DNA of 64,000 bases from Podarcis muralis (Eukaryota). Made by a program: the position numbers and the translations under genes. Every line of letters starts with the position of its first letter. Position 1 is the first letter of the stretch. Shown piece by piece: positions 26,801-41,800 of this stretch. The stretch spans positions 39,060,001 through 39,124,000 of the forward strand of contig NC_135659.1 in the NCBI RefSeq assembly GCF_964188315.1, read 5' to 3'. The notes beneath the pieces are model-generated. The model had not been told where the DNA came from. It ran no database searches and saw only the letters and a program-made list of their open reading frames with translations.

Positions 26801-29800
26801 CATACAGGAAACTATTTTGTATAACACATGTGAAACTCATTCTGTTTTGGTTTTGTTTTTTAAAAAATTACACATTGTCAAAAACACCTAACCAGTGATC
26901 ATGACTTGAGCCTGTGTTTGGGGTAGTTGACCTGACAGAAGTCACACATATACTTGTTACATCCGAACAGATTTACAGTACTGTGCTGTACATCGGGCTG
27001 CCATTGCCCTCAAAGACTATTCAAAAACAGGATTCTGCCGCTAAAGCGCCCGACTCTTGCTAAATGTCAGGATCAGGTCACCCACTTGCAGTACCACCTG
27101 CGCAGGCCATCAGCCCATTTCTGAACACAATTCAAAATGCTGGTTCCCTTTAAAAGCCACAAGTGTATTGGACCAAATTACCCAAATAACTACTTTTCCC
27201 TATGCATGTCTGTTCACTCTCTGAAATAATATCTGTTCTTACAAATGGAAAAACCTAAATACAAAAAGATTAAATGACTGTAGCCAGGAAGTATGAATTT
27301 CAGGAGCAGAAACCAAGAATCCAGAATGAATGTCCTTCTCTATTAACATAATATTGTCATAATGGTGCATAAAGTAGAAGATGAGAGGAACATGCTACTG
27401 AAATAGAGACAAGGTGGTTTTCTTCATAATTGACTAAAGACAAAGCTAATATGACCTTAAAATTATTCTGAGAAAATGTCAAACACTGCAGTATAAAATT
27501 GCAATTACATAATTTCCGTAATATTATCCAAGTGATTCATCTATGCAAGTGCTAAACCTTCATGATTCCTTGAAGGGAACCTTGCCATCTGCATTGTCAA
27601 AGGTTTTACACTTCTTGCTTGTGGTTCTTTTTCTTTGTTTTTTGTAGTTAGGTGCCCTTCTCATTCAAATTTCAGTTTCTCCTTCCTATGCCAGGAAGAA
27701 CTGCACTATGTTGGTGAAAAGCTGTCAGGAGATCCATTTCAGCAATGGGTGGGGCTGGACCAAAAAGTGGTTGGCATAGCAGATGTGACTCTTACTTTTG
27801 CAGGCTAGATCAACTGTGGGGGTTACCCCACTGCCAGCAGGGAAAACAAAAATGTTTTCTTTCTGTACCGCTTCAGTACATCCCCCCCCCCCACTGCCAC
27901 CACACACACCACAGTTATTCTCACCTATCCTTCACTTTAACACACCCACCCCAAGAAACAAACAATATTCACCTTTCCATTGGTCATTTAAATCTGCTCA
28001 TGGAAATAGGCAGAACGGAACACAACACTGTCACTTCTTCAGCTTGCCGACATTTGGATCCTTACCATTCAGATTATCTGCTTTAGACATACAGTGCTTC
28101 TTCTTTATAGCATCAGCAGAAAGGTGAGCAGAACACTTCCAAAGTGTTACCAAATATCACAGAAATACTGTTATGCTTTGGCTGCTGTTATAATGAGAGT
28201 CGTAAATAGAGGGCTTGAAGAAGGTCAGGTGGTGCCTAAATGAAGGCGTGTGAATACCAGGGAATGTACAGAGATCCTGGTAGCCTGTAGGTTCACCATC
28301 CCTTTCCTAAGTGTTAGATTAATGGTCCTACATTGCATTAATCATCAAAATCTCTTTTAGTGATGTCCAGTTTCTTGCAAACTCATTTTTAGTCACTTTA
28401 ATGTGCACAAAGATAGTCAGTTCTCATTAAATGTTTAAGAAACTGGCTTTAATCTTACTAAAATTACTGAATTTAAAAAGAATCCTAAATTCAAGTAACC
28501 TGGCAAAAGTGGTATGTGCATTTGGCTACAGCACTCAGAGTTGCTACCTTTTTATTGCTACACTAGCAGCTGTAAATAACATCCAACAAAATAGATTTGC
28601 TATCGGCAAGGATTTCTGCTTGTGCAACAAACTTCCTCTCCCTCTCCTCTCTCTGAGCACTCTGACGTCCTCTTGAAATCTGCTCCAGATTTTGGAAGAC
28701 ATAGGGGTGCACAAGGAGAGGGAGAGAAGTTCCTTTGAATAGCCAAAAGTCCTTGCAGTAATGGATCTATTTACGTGGATAGCACCCAATAATCATAATA
28801 AATCATCAACAGGTAAACCTTTTCCCAACACACATTTAACTAGCAAGCAAGCTATGCCACTGGTTCCACATCCATACGACATAGGATTAATTACAATATA
28901 TCATAATTTTTTCATTCTTTTTGTTCACACTGCTTATTAATATATTGGCAACAACATATTGATGGTAAAATGCCAGAGTACAAAATCTTCTGCAAGAGTA
29001 TTAAATCCCAATACTGATTTTTATTTCAACAGGAAATATCAAGGTCATCATTCTGGACAGAAATATTTGCAGTTTCCACTGTGCAAGATCATGCAGAATA
29101 AAGAAGTTACACTAAATGAGAAATAGAATTCATAATTGTACTTCTCTGCTTTTTAAAAGTTCAACTGTGCATGAAATTACTCAAATCTGTCAAGCGGTAG
29201 AAAACTACTTGCTGAGCTGCAGCTAGATACACTAATAAATGATTTGTTATTTAATTTCTCTCATCTTAAAATATATTGCATTACTTTTCATTTTCTATTT
29301 ATTGCCAATCGATTAGAATTATGCCATGGTAAACAATTCCCAATAAACTACATTTGGCCTTTGGCTAATTAACAACTGATACCCTTTTAAATAGGGACGC
29401 GGGTGGCGCTGTGGGTAAAAGCCTCAGCGCCTAGGGCTTGCTGATCGAAAGGTCGGCGGTTCGAATCCCCGCGGCGGGGTGCGCTCCCGTTGCTCGGTCC
29501 CAGCGCCTGCCAACCTAGCAGTTCGAAAGCACCCCCAGGTGCAAGTAGATAAATAGGGACCACTTACCAGCGGGAAGGTAAACGGCGTTTCGTGTGCTGC
29601 GCTGGCTCGCCAGAGCAGCAATGTCACGCTGGCCACGTGACCTGGAAGTGTCTCCGGACAGCGCTGGCTCCCGGCCTCTTGAGTGAGATGGGCGCACAAC
29701 CCTAGAGTCTGTCAAGACTGGCCCGTACGGGCAGGGGTACCTTTACCTTTACCTTTACCCTTTTAAATGTGTTGTGGAAGGGGATGGGGGGTTATTGGTT

Positions 29801-32800
29801 GGTATTTGTTCTTATTTTTAGTATGTATTTTGCAGTTTTTATCTTGTATTTTTATGTTGTCATCTGCCCTAAGATCTACAGATGAAGGGTGGTATACGAA
29901 TTTTAATAATAACAACAAATGTCGTATAAAACTAAATTACATTTGTCAGATACAAGATAAAAGAAGTTATTCCATCTAAACATTTACATCAATTATATCT
30001 GTGAAAAATACTTCCGCAAAATATAGGTAAAAGGAGGTAAAGAAAAAATAATTTTAACACATACATACCACATCTGAATACACACTACTGCTGGCCATTC
30101 TTTTTTAATCTATGTAAGAACAACATGTGTCATCAAGGCTTTCTCTCAATATTTTTACTACAGCAATGAAGCCTACTTTTGTTAAGTTTGTTAAGAAAAT
30201 GATTTGCCCAGATTGCTACGTAAGCTACAGAGACAAAAATAAAAAAAATTCCTTCCAGTAGCACCTTAAAGACCAACTAAGTTAGTTCTTGGTATGAGCT
30301 TTCGTGTGCATGCACACTTCTTCAGATATGCATGCACACGAAAGCTCATACCAAGAACTAACTTAGTTGGTCTTTAAGGTGCTACTGGAAGGAATTTTTT
30401 TTGTTTTGACTATGGCAGACCAACACGGCTACCTATCTGTAACAGAGACAAAAATGTGAGCACCCAATCTGTACATATAGCCTCCTTCTATGACTAACAA
30501 TATTCTCCTATGGCAAGCAGCCCTATAGAAGGTTCTGCTTCATATCAGAAGTAGTGTATCACTGTGAGGTGTAAGATGAACAATATTTTCACACACATTG
30601 ATGTATATATTTTCTCAAATGTTAGTGAATAACAAATGTCTTCACAACTGAAAATGAAGGTAAAATAAGTAATCAATTTCCAGGACTCCCAAGATATGTT
30701 AAAATGCTGCTTTCTCCTAATCAGACTTTAATGTAGATCAGGGTGACCTGAAATGAAGGACAAAATAATGTTCCTCCATTTCACAAGTAGAATCCAAGAG
30801 GACTCAGTTGCATTTTAATTTATCAGTGATGACAGGACATTGTCTTCCACCATACCCAGAGGCATCAAGATAGTTTAGGATGCAAAAAAGCTCTGTTCTT
30901 CACCTCCTTGTTCCCCAGCCTGAGGAGGTTACCTTCCTCTGTTTAATGATAGGGGCAGCCTTGGATAGCACATGGGAGCTTTTTAGCTCCCTCTTCCAGT
31001 GGATATCTCAAGGATCCCTTCAAAGGGTCCCCTTTATTGTGGGTGGGGACTTAGGGTGAAACACAAGGAGCTGATGCCAGAAATAATTATCTCAAGCACA
31101 TGCAGTAGTGATTTCCCCACATGGACAGCTTGTGTTATGGATCCAGGCCAGTGTATTTTTTCAAATGTATGTAAAGAATTCTTAAAAGTTGTTAAAACTG
31201 CTGACAGTCCACAGAGAACCATCAGACAGTTGAGGATTAGTTCAGTTGAAATGCAGTTAATCTTATTTAGAAAATCAAAAGGATATTCATGTCCTAAAAC
31301 TTTCAGTTTGAAGTGGCAGTTTCATTAAAATTTGAAGCTTTGATAAACTATAAATATTCAGAGCAGGAGTTTTACCAGAAGAAACACAGACCTTGGAAAG
31401 TAGATTATGGAGTTTCCAACTGAGAGCTTGCAAGGCTAAAGTGGATGATAGAATAATTAAAGCCTATATTGTCTTAACACAAAGCGGAATCTTAAGACTG
31501 TGTATTGTAACCTGTGAAATAAATATCTGATCAGTTCTATTAGCAGAAAAAATGAATAAAGACTGCGATATATTCGTTAGTAATGTCTCAACATGAGATT
31601 CTTCTAGTAATAGAAATGCACTGAATGCAAAATACCTGTGAATAGTGTAAGTGCTTTGTATTCTGCAAGTTTATTGTCACAGGAATGTTGGAAGCTGCCT
31701 TCTACCAAACCAGCCCACTGGTGACTGAGTAATTTCTGTCCATCTTCTCTAGCAGTAAATCCCTCTTTTGTCTCCAAAGAGAGGACACAAATAAAATCAA
31801 GCTACTCTCTCACAGAAAGCACAGGGCAGAAAGGGAAGGGTGGTTCTTGTTTCAATATTCTTGCTTTTCTCTCTCTCAGAAGCCACACCTGGAGGCAGAA
31901 AACTTAAGGTCTAACCTCCATGGGAGAGGGGTGGGGGAATTTTTGCATAGCCCCAAGCTTTTTGCTGTTTTTAATGCGCAGTATGTAATTTCCTTCATCA
32001 GTTCCTCCCTCAGTCCCTAGTGGTGTGTGAATGCATGAAAGAGCAGAGAGGTGGGACTTTTGCTGATACATGACATTTCCTTGACTGAGGTAAGGAGGGA
32101 AAATCCCCCCTTTTGCTTCTACTGTAAGACTAGTATGAAAGAAATGGGTGAGAGAAATTAATGCAAGAACTTGCAAAGAGAAACTATTTCTTTGATGGGA
32201 CAGGAGAGAGAGTTATGGAGGCTTCTGATGAAATTGCAAGCTATCCTAAACAGTTTTGTTATGATTTTTTTTTGGGGGGGGACTTTATATTTATGTTTGT
32301 AGCATTTAAATCATTTTAAATTTAAGTGGAGAGTGCCAGCACAATTCTATACATGACTACTCAGATGTAATTCCTATAGGGTTCAATAGGGCTCATAGAT
32401 ATGTTTGTATAAATGCAACTCTAAATGTTTTAAACATTTATATATGAAATTATTTCAGGGGGATGGGGCTGCAACAGTGATTACAACAAAACAAACTGCT
32501 TAACAGAGTGGCTGTAGTTGGTGGCTCTTGGAGTTTTAGTAAAGTAGATCCCAGACACACAAGCTTGAAGTCTGCCCTCCACTAATTTAGTGAGTATTTT
32601 TAAATGTACATTAAAGACACCAGGAACTCTTATCAAGATTTCCCAGTTGATTGGAACCTGCCGATATATCCTACATTAAACCTATACACATTTGCCTGGA
32701 AGTAAGTTCTATTGAACTTCTTCCATCTCACATACAAATAAACATCTTTCTAGAGGCTGCTCTGCAAAGTAAATGTGAACATATAAGGAAAGAAGCAAGA

Positions 32801-35800
32801 TCTTTACTGTGGTTACCCCATCTTGCAGCAGCTAGTCATATACCCGCAAGCTGCTGCTATCACCACCTCAAAGGGCTTGAACCTGGGAGACCTGAATTCA
32901 AAACCTCCCTCAGCCATGAAGCTCACAATATGACACTGGGGTAATTGCTACAATTTAATTTCAGTGGATGATGTATGCTGCCTGCAATCTTTGTCCACTT
33001 TCATGAGAATAAGTTGCATTAAGATCCTTAGTTGAACCGGGGGAGGGGGAAGCCACAGAGTGGTTGACTTAGTAGTACCTCCTCCTCACAAGGGGTGAGG
33101 AGGGGGGGCCTAAACCCGACCCATGGGACCTCCTAGATGTCCCAACAAGTGTAGGTTCTACCAGCCTCCAATGGTTGCTGCACCTCAAATAGAATGTTAC
33201 AGAACTGGAACAGGTTAAGAAAATGGCAACCAAAATGATAATGTGGCTAGGAACAACTCCTCTATGAGAAAGGGTTTGGAGATTTCTTGGGGAGGGGGGG
33301 ACATGACGGCACTGTATAAGATTATGCATGAAATGCAGAAAATGGAAATCAATAAGTTATTATCTCTCCCTGAATATACTAGAATCCCAAGGACATCCAA
33401 TGCAGCCGAATGTTGTAAGAGTCAAGACAGACACAAGTACTGCAGACAGAGTACAGACAATGTATAGGTGTATAGATTGTAATGTATATAAAGGAATGGC
33501 CACCCACTTGGATGTTTTAAAAGGTGGGAGGTTATCAATAGTTTTTAGGCTGTGTACTATCAGAGAGAGTATTCTTCTGAATACCAGTTGCTGAGGAGGT
33601 CTGTTGTGTCTGTATCGCTTGCAGACTTCTCATAGCAATCTGGTTGGCCAGTGTGACAACAGCATGGCAGTCTGATCTAGCAGGGCTCTTAACTCCTAAT
33701 CAAGTATTGTGTCTCATTTCAAAGGAAATTCAACCTTGAGTAGTATTAACATAATACTGGTGATTAAGAGATGTCATGTTATAGTGAAAAATGTCCTAGC
33801 CAATCTAATTTATATTTAATTAAAAATGTTATAGGAAATGAATTAATCTGAGATGTCAACAGGCAGGAAATTGAATAGAAATTGAGAACATGTATAACTA
33901 ATTTTGGATTATTATTTTTCTAAACATTTTGTTAAACAGTACAGGCATTTCAGGAGTGAAGCAGAACCCTGTATCAGTTAGACCTAAAAAATAAAAATGG
34001 GGGGGGGGGGATTGCCATGGCTTTGTGTTTAAGAACTGCTTTTTAGGTGTGCAAATACAATTTTATGCTTAGTGCACTGAAATAATTTTAGGAATATAAG
34101 CTATCATTTGTTTTTAGAAAATATCTACTTATATAGACAAGTAAATAATTAGAAATGTTATGTTGGTAAACTGTTTGGTACTGTGATACAACAAAATGTT
34201 ATAAAATAGGGGGAAATCACTATCAGCAAAAAATCCTGCAAGATGAACAAGCACAGATTGCAAATGCAAGTTGCAGATGGTGCTGGGAAAATATCCCTCA
34301 GGTCAATTCAAACTGGGCTGAGCAAACAAAGCAGGTTTTGTAAAATCAGGAAACAGGTATATGATGGGATCTGAATTTCAAAAACCCTGTTTTGAAATTC
34401 AGATGCCATAATATACATGATGACCTAACTGGGGTTATAACAGGGTTCAGATACCTCCCAACAAATTGCTATACTGTGAGCTTCTCTGCCCTACTCTCCA
34501 TTCTCTTCAGTGTGGTGTAGTGGTTAAGAGCAATAGACTCATAATCTGGGGAACCGGGTTCGCATCTCCGCTCCTCCACATGCAGCTGCTGGGTGACCTT
34601 GGGCCAGGCACACTTCTCTGAAGTCTCTCAGCCCCACTCACCTCACAAAGTGTTTGTTGTGGGGGAGGAAGGGAAAGGAGAATGTTAGCCGCATTGAGAC
34701 TCCTTCGGGTAGTGATAAAGCAGGATATCAAATCCAAACTCTTCTCTTCTTCTTCTTCTTCTTTTCCCACTTACCTGTCCTTATGTGGACAGCCGCTAAA
34801 GAAGGGAGGTCTGTCTAGTGGAAGATCTCCATTACTCATTTCCTAGCATCTCAGATCCAGCAACAGCGGCAGCAGAGGTACTCTAGGGAATTTAGTTTTC
34901 CCAAGACACCTAACTTCTTCAAGCAGAATAAAATATTTTAGGACTAAAGTATAGAACAAAGTATCTTAGTGTGTGGGAAGGTGCTGACATCACTGGTAGG
35001 CAATAGTTAATTCAAGCAGACTGTCTGCAACCAGACAGTATACTCTCCCAAGTCACTGGAAAAACAAGTGTCTTGTTTACAAAGGGAAAAGGCAACTTGA
35101 TACGAACTGTACAGTTTAGTCAATCATGTTCACGTAGGATTAATTCAAACTGAAAACAGTTAAGATATAAATAAATGAGAACTGATGAACAAAGACAATG
35201 AAAGTCAGAATGATTCTATAACAGAATGTGGAGGATCATTAATTGTACCTACACAAGAGTCATTTCAAATTCCAAATTCAATTGTAACACAGGAATTGTT
35301 TTAAAAGTTTTAGTAGGACTTTTCAGGGAGATGCCCTGGTACTGACTTCTAATTAACTTCTTCTACAACCTTTCAGGATGACTGTACTGTAAAAGTGTTC
35401 AATAGACTGCCAGTATAACTAGTACTCTAATTACTACCTTTATCTAAACAACTCCAAAAACTGTAACTGGAAGTACAGTCAAATAAAATGATGCATCAAG
35501 GAAAAAGACAATATTATATGTCTGATCAATAATTATTTAAAGTAAAACATGAACAGGTGCTTTGGATTAAAAAACTGGAGACAAGTTTTTCAATATGCAG
35601 GTGCAGCCTTCATGCAAAGATGGTGCCACACTCTTCCCACCTCTTCTATCTTTTTGATGCACATAATAAGTAGCATGGTGGGTTTCTGCACATATCTATG
35701 TGTAATATGATATGTATAAATTCTATGTTGTAATAATCTTTGCTATGATATACCTGATCTTCAGCAAATACAATGTAAAATGAGCTATTTACACCAAATG

Positions 35801-38800
35801 CATAATTGCCTAATGGCTTTATCAATAATAAGCAAGATAACTGTCAATTATTAAAGACAGAAATGTGATATACACAACTTATTTACAATATATTCTGATA
35901 CCATTTCTACAAGGCTTCAATCATAAGTCTTTATTCAGGTTTATGACTCAAGATCTTTTAACTAGAACTGCTGGAAATGAAAACAGGGGTTTTTTTCTAC
36001 ACACAAAGCATAGGCAATTAAGCATAGCTTACTGAACTATGACTTAAATAATAAATGTAAGGCAAACACTCCACTTTTTAATGCAATTATTTTCTGGTAA
36101 AATTGTTATCTGTAGAAAGCAGAAAAACTCTGTATAATTGTCCTTCAAAAAACTTTATTTAAAGAAATGCAGATGTATAATCACGCTCCTAATGGACATT
36201 CCATGCACAGACACGAGCAGATCACTGATGACTAGGTGGCAGTTTAGCAAAGTAACTCTGAAAGTATGCAGAAAACCATGAATTTCCATTAGCATGTGCA
36301 GGAAAAGTAATAAGGCTGCACATGCCCAGTTAAGAAAATTCTAAAGATAAGCAACAGTACTTGGAAGGGGGTATGTACAGGTGGAAGGAAGAGAAATTGG
36401 GCAGATGGGGGAACGGGTTACACTGAATAATATTCAAGTGAAATGAGCATTTAATTCAGACTTTTGGAGGAGGCAAGTGATTGGGGGGGGGGGGAGGGTG
36501 ATTAAGAAGAATGTAAGCAAACCAAGCATTATGCTCAGCCAACTCCATAGGCATTATAGGGGAAAGAAGATGATGGGTAGCCGCAGCAATGTCCCAACCA
36601 ACATTCCTAAAATAAATAACTTAATTGGAACAACTTTCTGAAGGAATAACTAAGCATGTAGCAGCACTGAATATGCAGTCACGAGACGTTCCACTTAAAA
36701 TACTTTTAAAAATACACATTTAATCTGAAAATAATGTTTGGAACTACTAAGACTTATTTTAAACAATGAGCATGGCAATATATTTCTGGCATTAAAAGCC
36801 ATTTTTGTTGTTCACATTTGTTTAAACTATATGCACTGCAAGTACCTCCATCTTCTTGTAGAAAGACTCCATGGATACAAAACTTCTCAGTACAAACTAT
36901 AAATCTTGGAACTTGTATGCTGTTTACAAGATGGACCAATAATATTTAGGTGCTCAATAATTATTTACACAAAAAAGCAAAATGCTTGCTTGAAAGTACC
37001 ACAAATGATGGTTGCCAACATGCAAGGATATAAAGTTATGTTTTGCAAATTGTCTAATAACCTTACATCAAACAACAAGAAAAGAAAGAGAGTCATACTA
37101 TGTTCCATCCCAGTGCTACTGAATTCTTATTACAAAGAATATTGTCTTCCCAGAACATCTTAAAAATAATTTTGAAGGCAGATATCCAAAAATAAACCTC
37201 CTTCCACCTCTCATAATGTGATCTCATTCTTTTAGAAAGTGTTATTCTCATTATCTGAATAGTAGGTCATCTCACAGGACGCTGTTCCAAGGATACATGA
37301 AACAGACTCGTCTTTGTAGGTTAAAACACATACAAACATAAGAATCCGACAGGATCAAACCAAAAGCTGACCTACAGGAAATGTGAGACTTCTGTGAAGC
37401 GACTCACACATCTTCTCAGCAAAAAAAGCACAAAACATGTCATAATTGCATGCAGTTTTTCCATGCCTCATTCCAATTCATTAGCTGCCATGTGTACCTT
37501 GATAGCAATACAGAACACAGCTTTATGTGTTTCAGTTCCCAATGTTACTAGGAGGATGTAGGCCACAAGCAGGCACACCCACAACCACACGCCTTTCGTG
37601 ATACTGCCTAACTGCATCTTACAGCAAGCTCAACTTTCAAGTTCATTATGAAATTAAAATACTTAATTAAAATATAGGAATAGTTCTACAGGAGTGAAGG
37701 TATATTTCTACTCCAGCAAGTTGCCATCTAAGGAACTGAAATTTTCGCATTATAAGGGTCTGCTTTTATGTTCTGCTTACTCTGATTGGAAATCCCAAAG
37801 ACAGTATTTTTAGCCTTCCCTTTTCAGCCAACTTTTTTTTTCATGCCAGCACACACCATAAGTAATCATGACAATTTATAAACATCTAATCATTAATTCA
37901 GACAGTTGCCTTATCTTCAATCAATACTGAGCTGCAACCAAGCAACACAGTCCTCAGAGACATGTCCCCAACAGAATAATTTGGGAATTACATTTTCAGT
38001 GAATTAGCAATGTCCTTTAGCCAACTGTTCACATTGCCCCTGACCTAGGTTAAGACGAACGCCTTTCCCTGCTTAATGTAAACTACTGGTTTTTATTTTT
38101 AGCTACAGTACTTGCATCTCTCTATAAATGGGACAAACTGAATAGAAAAACTTGAAGTACAAATAGAAGCTTGGCATTGTATATAGTGACTGGATGATTA
38201 AGATGATAATAAGAATGCCTCAAAATTCATGGAAAGGGGTGGCTCCTATACCCTATTGCCCTTTAAGTACTATCTTCTGGGGATATATGCAGTATGGAAG
38301 CAAATTTGTTTTGCAAAACATACTAACCAGGTTACTAATAGAAACACTTGTAGCAGGAGATAAATCCACCACACGCACACTTTGCAATCTTTCCCCCTCA
38401 TTTCCCCTCTTCAAATGACGTGGTCACTGCTGCTCTCCGAATCTTACTTAGGAGTAGCAACAGTCACTTTCAGCACAATCTTATGCACTTTGAATACCTT
38501 TGTAAGCATTCTATCCAACCTCTTCATCCAAATAGGCATTGATCTATTGGGGAAAGATTCTGGTGACTGTTTCCTCCATAGATTGCAAAATATATGACTG
38601 CACTGTTGAAGAGCATCTGGACTGCATCCCAGCACTCTTTTCTTGCCCAGCAGATGATCCTGTCATCTGTCAGGTAGTGTGGAAAGGGCAGGGAGCTTTC
38701 CAAACTGCCTAGCAGAAGGTCAGCACCATAAGATAACTGTAGCATCACTGCAGCCACAGCATTGACATTTCAGGCAAGGAGAGGTCACCTGACTAAATTG

Positions 38801-41800
38801 CAGTGCTCTTTCCCCTGTAAATGTGCCCATTACCTGTTAGATCCTGCTGTACTCCTAGTCAGAATACTCAACTGGAGTATATAATACTATCATGGTGCCA
38901 ATCTGTTGGGAAAGGATGTCTCAAATTACTCCCCAGAGGCCTAAGTCCAGAATGAAGACTGCTCACATATATAATGCTGTAGTTGGTTACTTTTTAAATA
39001 TAACTGCTTTTAAAGACTTATATTCAAAAGCAGGGTTTTTTTTAATAAAATAAACAAGATTTATATTTAAATAGAGTTTTTAACCGTGTTTATAGGACAC
39101 TGGAAGGGACGCGGGTGGCGCTGTGGGTAAAAGCCTCAGCGCCTAGGACTTGCCGATCGCATGGTCGGCAGTTCGAATCCCCGCGGCGGGGTGCGCTCCC
39201 GTCGCTCGGTCCCAGTGCCTGCCAACCTAGCAGTTCAAAAGCACCCCCGGGTACAAGTAGATAAATAGAGACCGCTTACTAGCGGGAAGGTAAACGGCGT
39301 TCCGTGTGCTGGGCTGGCTTGCCAGATGCAGCTTGTCACGCTGGCCATGTGACCCGGAAGTGTCTGCGGACAGCGCTGGCCCCCGGCCTCTTAAGTGAGA
39401 TGGGCGCACAACCCTAGAGTCGGACACGACTGGCCCGTATGGGAAGGGGTACCTTTACCTTTACCTTTATAGGACACTGGCAAGAGGGAAAATATGACAT
39501 CTGCACAGCATATATTGGGGAGCTGGAGAACGTCATGTCTGTGTGTGTGTGTAATTTATATTCTTATTTTTAGGCATTACAATAATTATTTTGCCAAGTT
39601 TTAACATTTTCAATTTCAACTCCCTTTCCCCCCTCTTTCTGTGGTTCCTTACATTTATTTTCATCCTTTCCTGTATACTCCAAATTGTCTGAACTTATTC
39701 TTTTATCTATCTATTCTAATATCTCTCTTTTTTTTAACTGAAGGTTTTTACAATAATCCTGCCAATGTCCTAATCTGTTTACAGTTTGTTTGTAAATATT
39801 CAATAAACCACTTCCATTCCTTTCTAAAAAAGTTTGTTGTCTTGATTTCTTATTCTTCCAGTAAGTTTTGCCATTTCTGCATACTCCATTAGTTTCTGTA
39901 TCCAATCTTCTTTCGTCAGCACCTCTTCATCTTTCCATTTTTGGGTAAATAACATTCTGGCAGTTGTAGTTCCATACATAAATAAATTTCTATATTGTTT
40001 GAGTCGTTCTAATCCTATAATTCCAAATAGAAAAGCTTCTAGGGGTTTTTACGGTCATGTTAAACATATTTTTCAATTCATTATATATAATTTCCCAGTA
40101 AGCTTTAGCCTTATTACAAGACCACCACATGTGAAAAAGGTACCTTCTTTCTCTTTACATTTCCAACAAGTATTTGACTTTGATTTGTACATTTTTGCCA
40201 ATCTACTAGGAGTTAGGTACCATCTATATAGCATTTTCATATAATTTTCTCTTAAATTATAACATGCTGTAAATGTTATATCTGTGTTCCACAATCGTTC
40301 CCATGCTTCCGTTTCTATATTACGACCAACATCTATTGCCCAGTGTATCATTGAAAATTTCACTTGTTCATCCTTTGTCTCCCATTCCAATAACATCTTG
40401 CACATTTCAGACATCACTTTAACACTACAATTTAACAGGTCTCTTTCTAATTGGGATAGTTGTTCCCCAAACCCCTACTTCATATCCTTTTAAAATATTT
40501 CATTCAAATGATGATATTGTAATCATGTTATTAACATTCCTGGTAGATTCTTAAACTCTTTTAAGTTAAATTCTCCACCCTCCTCTCTAAATAAATTTCT
40601 ATAAGTTACCCAACTTTCCATCATATTTTTCTTTTCACCGCTATGGCCTCCAAAGGTGAAAGCCAAAGTGGTGTTTTATAACTAGTATGTATATTAATAA
40701 AATACTTTTTTCAGTCCTTTGCTACTAACTGCAAAAAAACCTTGAAGGTTTAATAAATCTCCAATAGGCCTCAGATAGGCCATCTACAACCCACCAACAT
40801 CAGTGTCCAAATCTATTTTCTGCACAGAAAACTTCAAAGGGGAGTATGTGTACAGCACAAATTGCCTTATTTCATCTCAGGCACATTTACATCCAAAATC
40901 AAATAAGGTTTCATTTTTTATTTATAGCAGTGCATATCAAAGCCTTCTGTTGTAACAGAATGCAGAGAGAATGTTTTCACTATTAAACTTTCCCATCCCA
41001 GAAACCTTTTTATTTATTTTGCTTTATTTTTATTTATTTAGCACAATACAGCAAGTTAGGTAAAGATCCTATTCAGCATCTTTCACTAGTCAGAGTAGAT
41101 AATAACAGGAAAAATGGGTCAAATGTCATGGTAATCCATAGTTTATGATTTACTAGGAATGTTTCTATGGCTCCTGTGATTTACTCCACTGCTAGTGTGG
41201 AGAATTAACTATGATCCCTGGCTTAGTGTTACATCTGAACACTGAACACTCATAACAAACCACAATTAGTAACCCAAGAACAAACTTTCATGGTTTGTTT
41301 GGTGTGAAAGTCCTCATTCAGATTAATTGCTAAGCCAGGATCATGGTTTGTTCCTCCAGCTCTCATTATGGGAGGTGCAAAATGGGAGCCATATGCATGT
41401 TTAAAGTAAACCATTTACCATTAACAATGGTTTACTCTGATGTAAACTTACACTCTCCTGTAACATTATAGGCGTGTGGAAAAGATCACATTTCAAACCT
41501 TCTACCCAATATGCAAAGGCCCAAGGCTGCAGTTGGAAAGGATGGGAACACTGGAGGCAGGGATTGCATGTGTTCCAACATAGCCTTCCCATGTGTTTAT
41601 GCACAAACTGATATGTCTGAACCAGCCTTATTTGAGCTCAGAAAAAGTACTGCCAGAGAGATTAAAACTCCCTTTATTCCCATACAAAGCCTCTCCTAGC
41701 ATTAACTTTCATAATGGTGCTCCGTCTTGGTAATTGCTTGATAGTTATTAAAATGACTCTGCTGCATAATTTTTAAAAACGTTGTTTTTTTTTAAAAGGG

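Noticed and set aside
29394-29470. tRNA gene
   Set aside because: The A and B boxes belong to the SINE head. The sequence continues into the SINE body and tail with a TSD. The same holds at 34508 and 39106.
36483-36500. Poly-G/poly-C runs here and elsewhere as functional G-quadruplexes
   Set aside because: They are scattered homopolymers typical of this genome, with no positional pattern relative to exons.
38430-38760. Further DIRS ORF1 relic (LPFPHYL...W)
   Set aside because: The similarity is too short and degenerate to support without a search.
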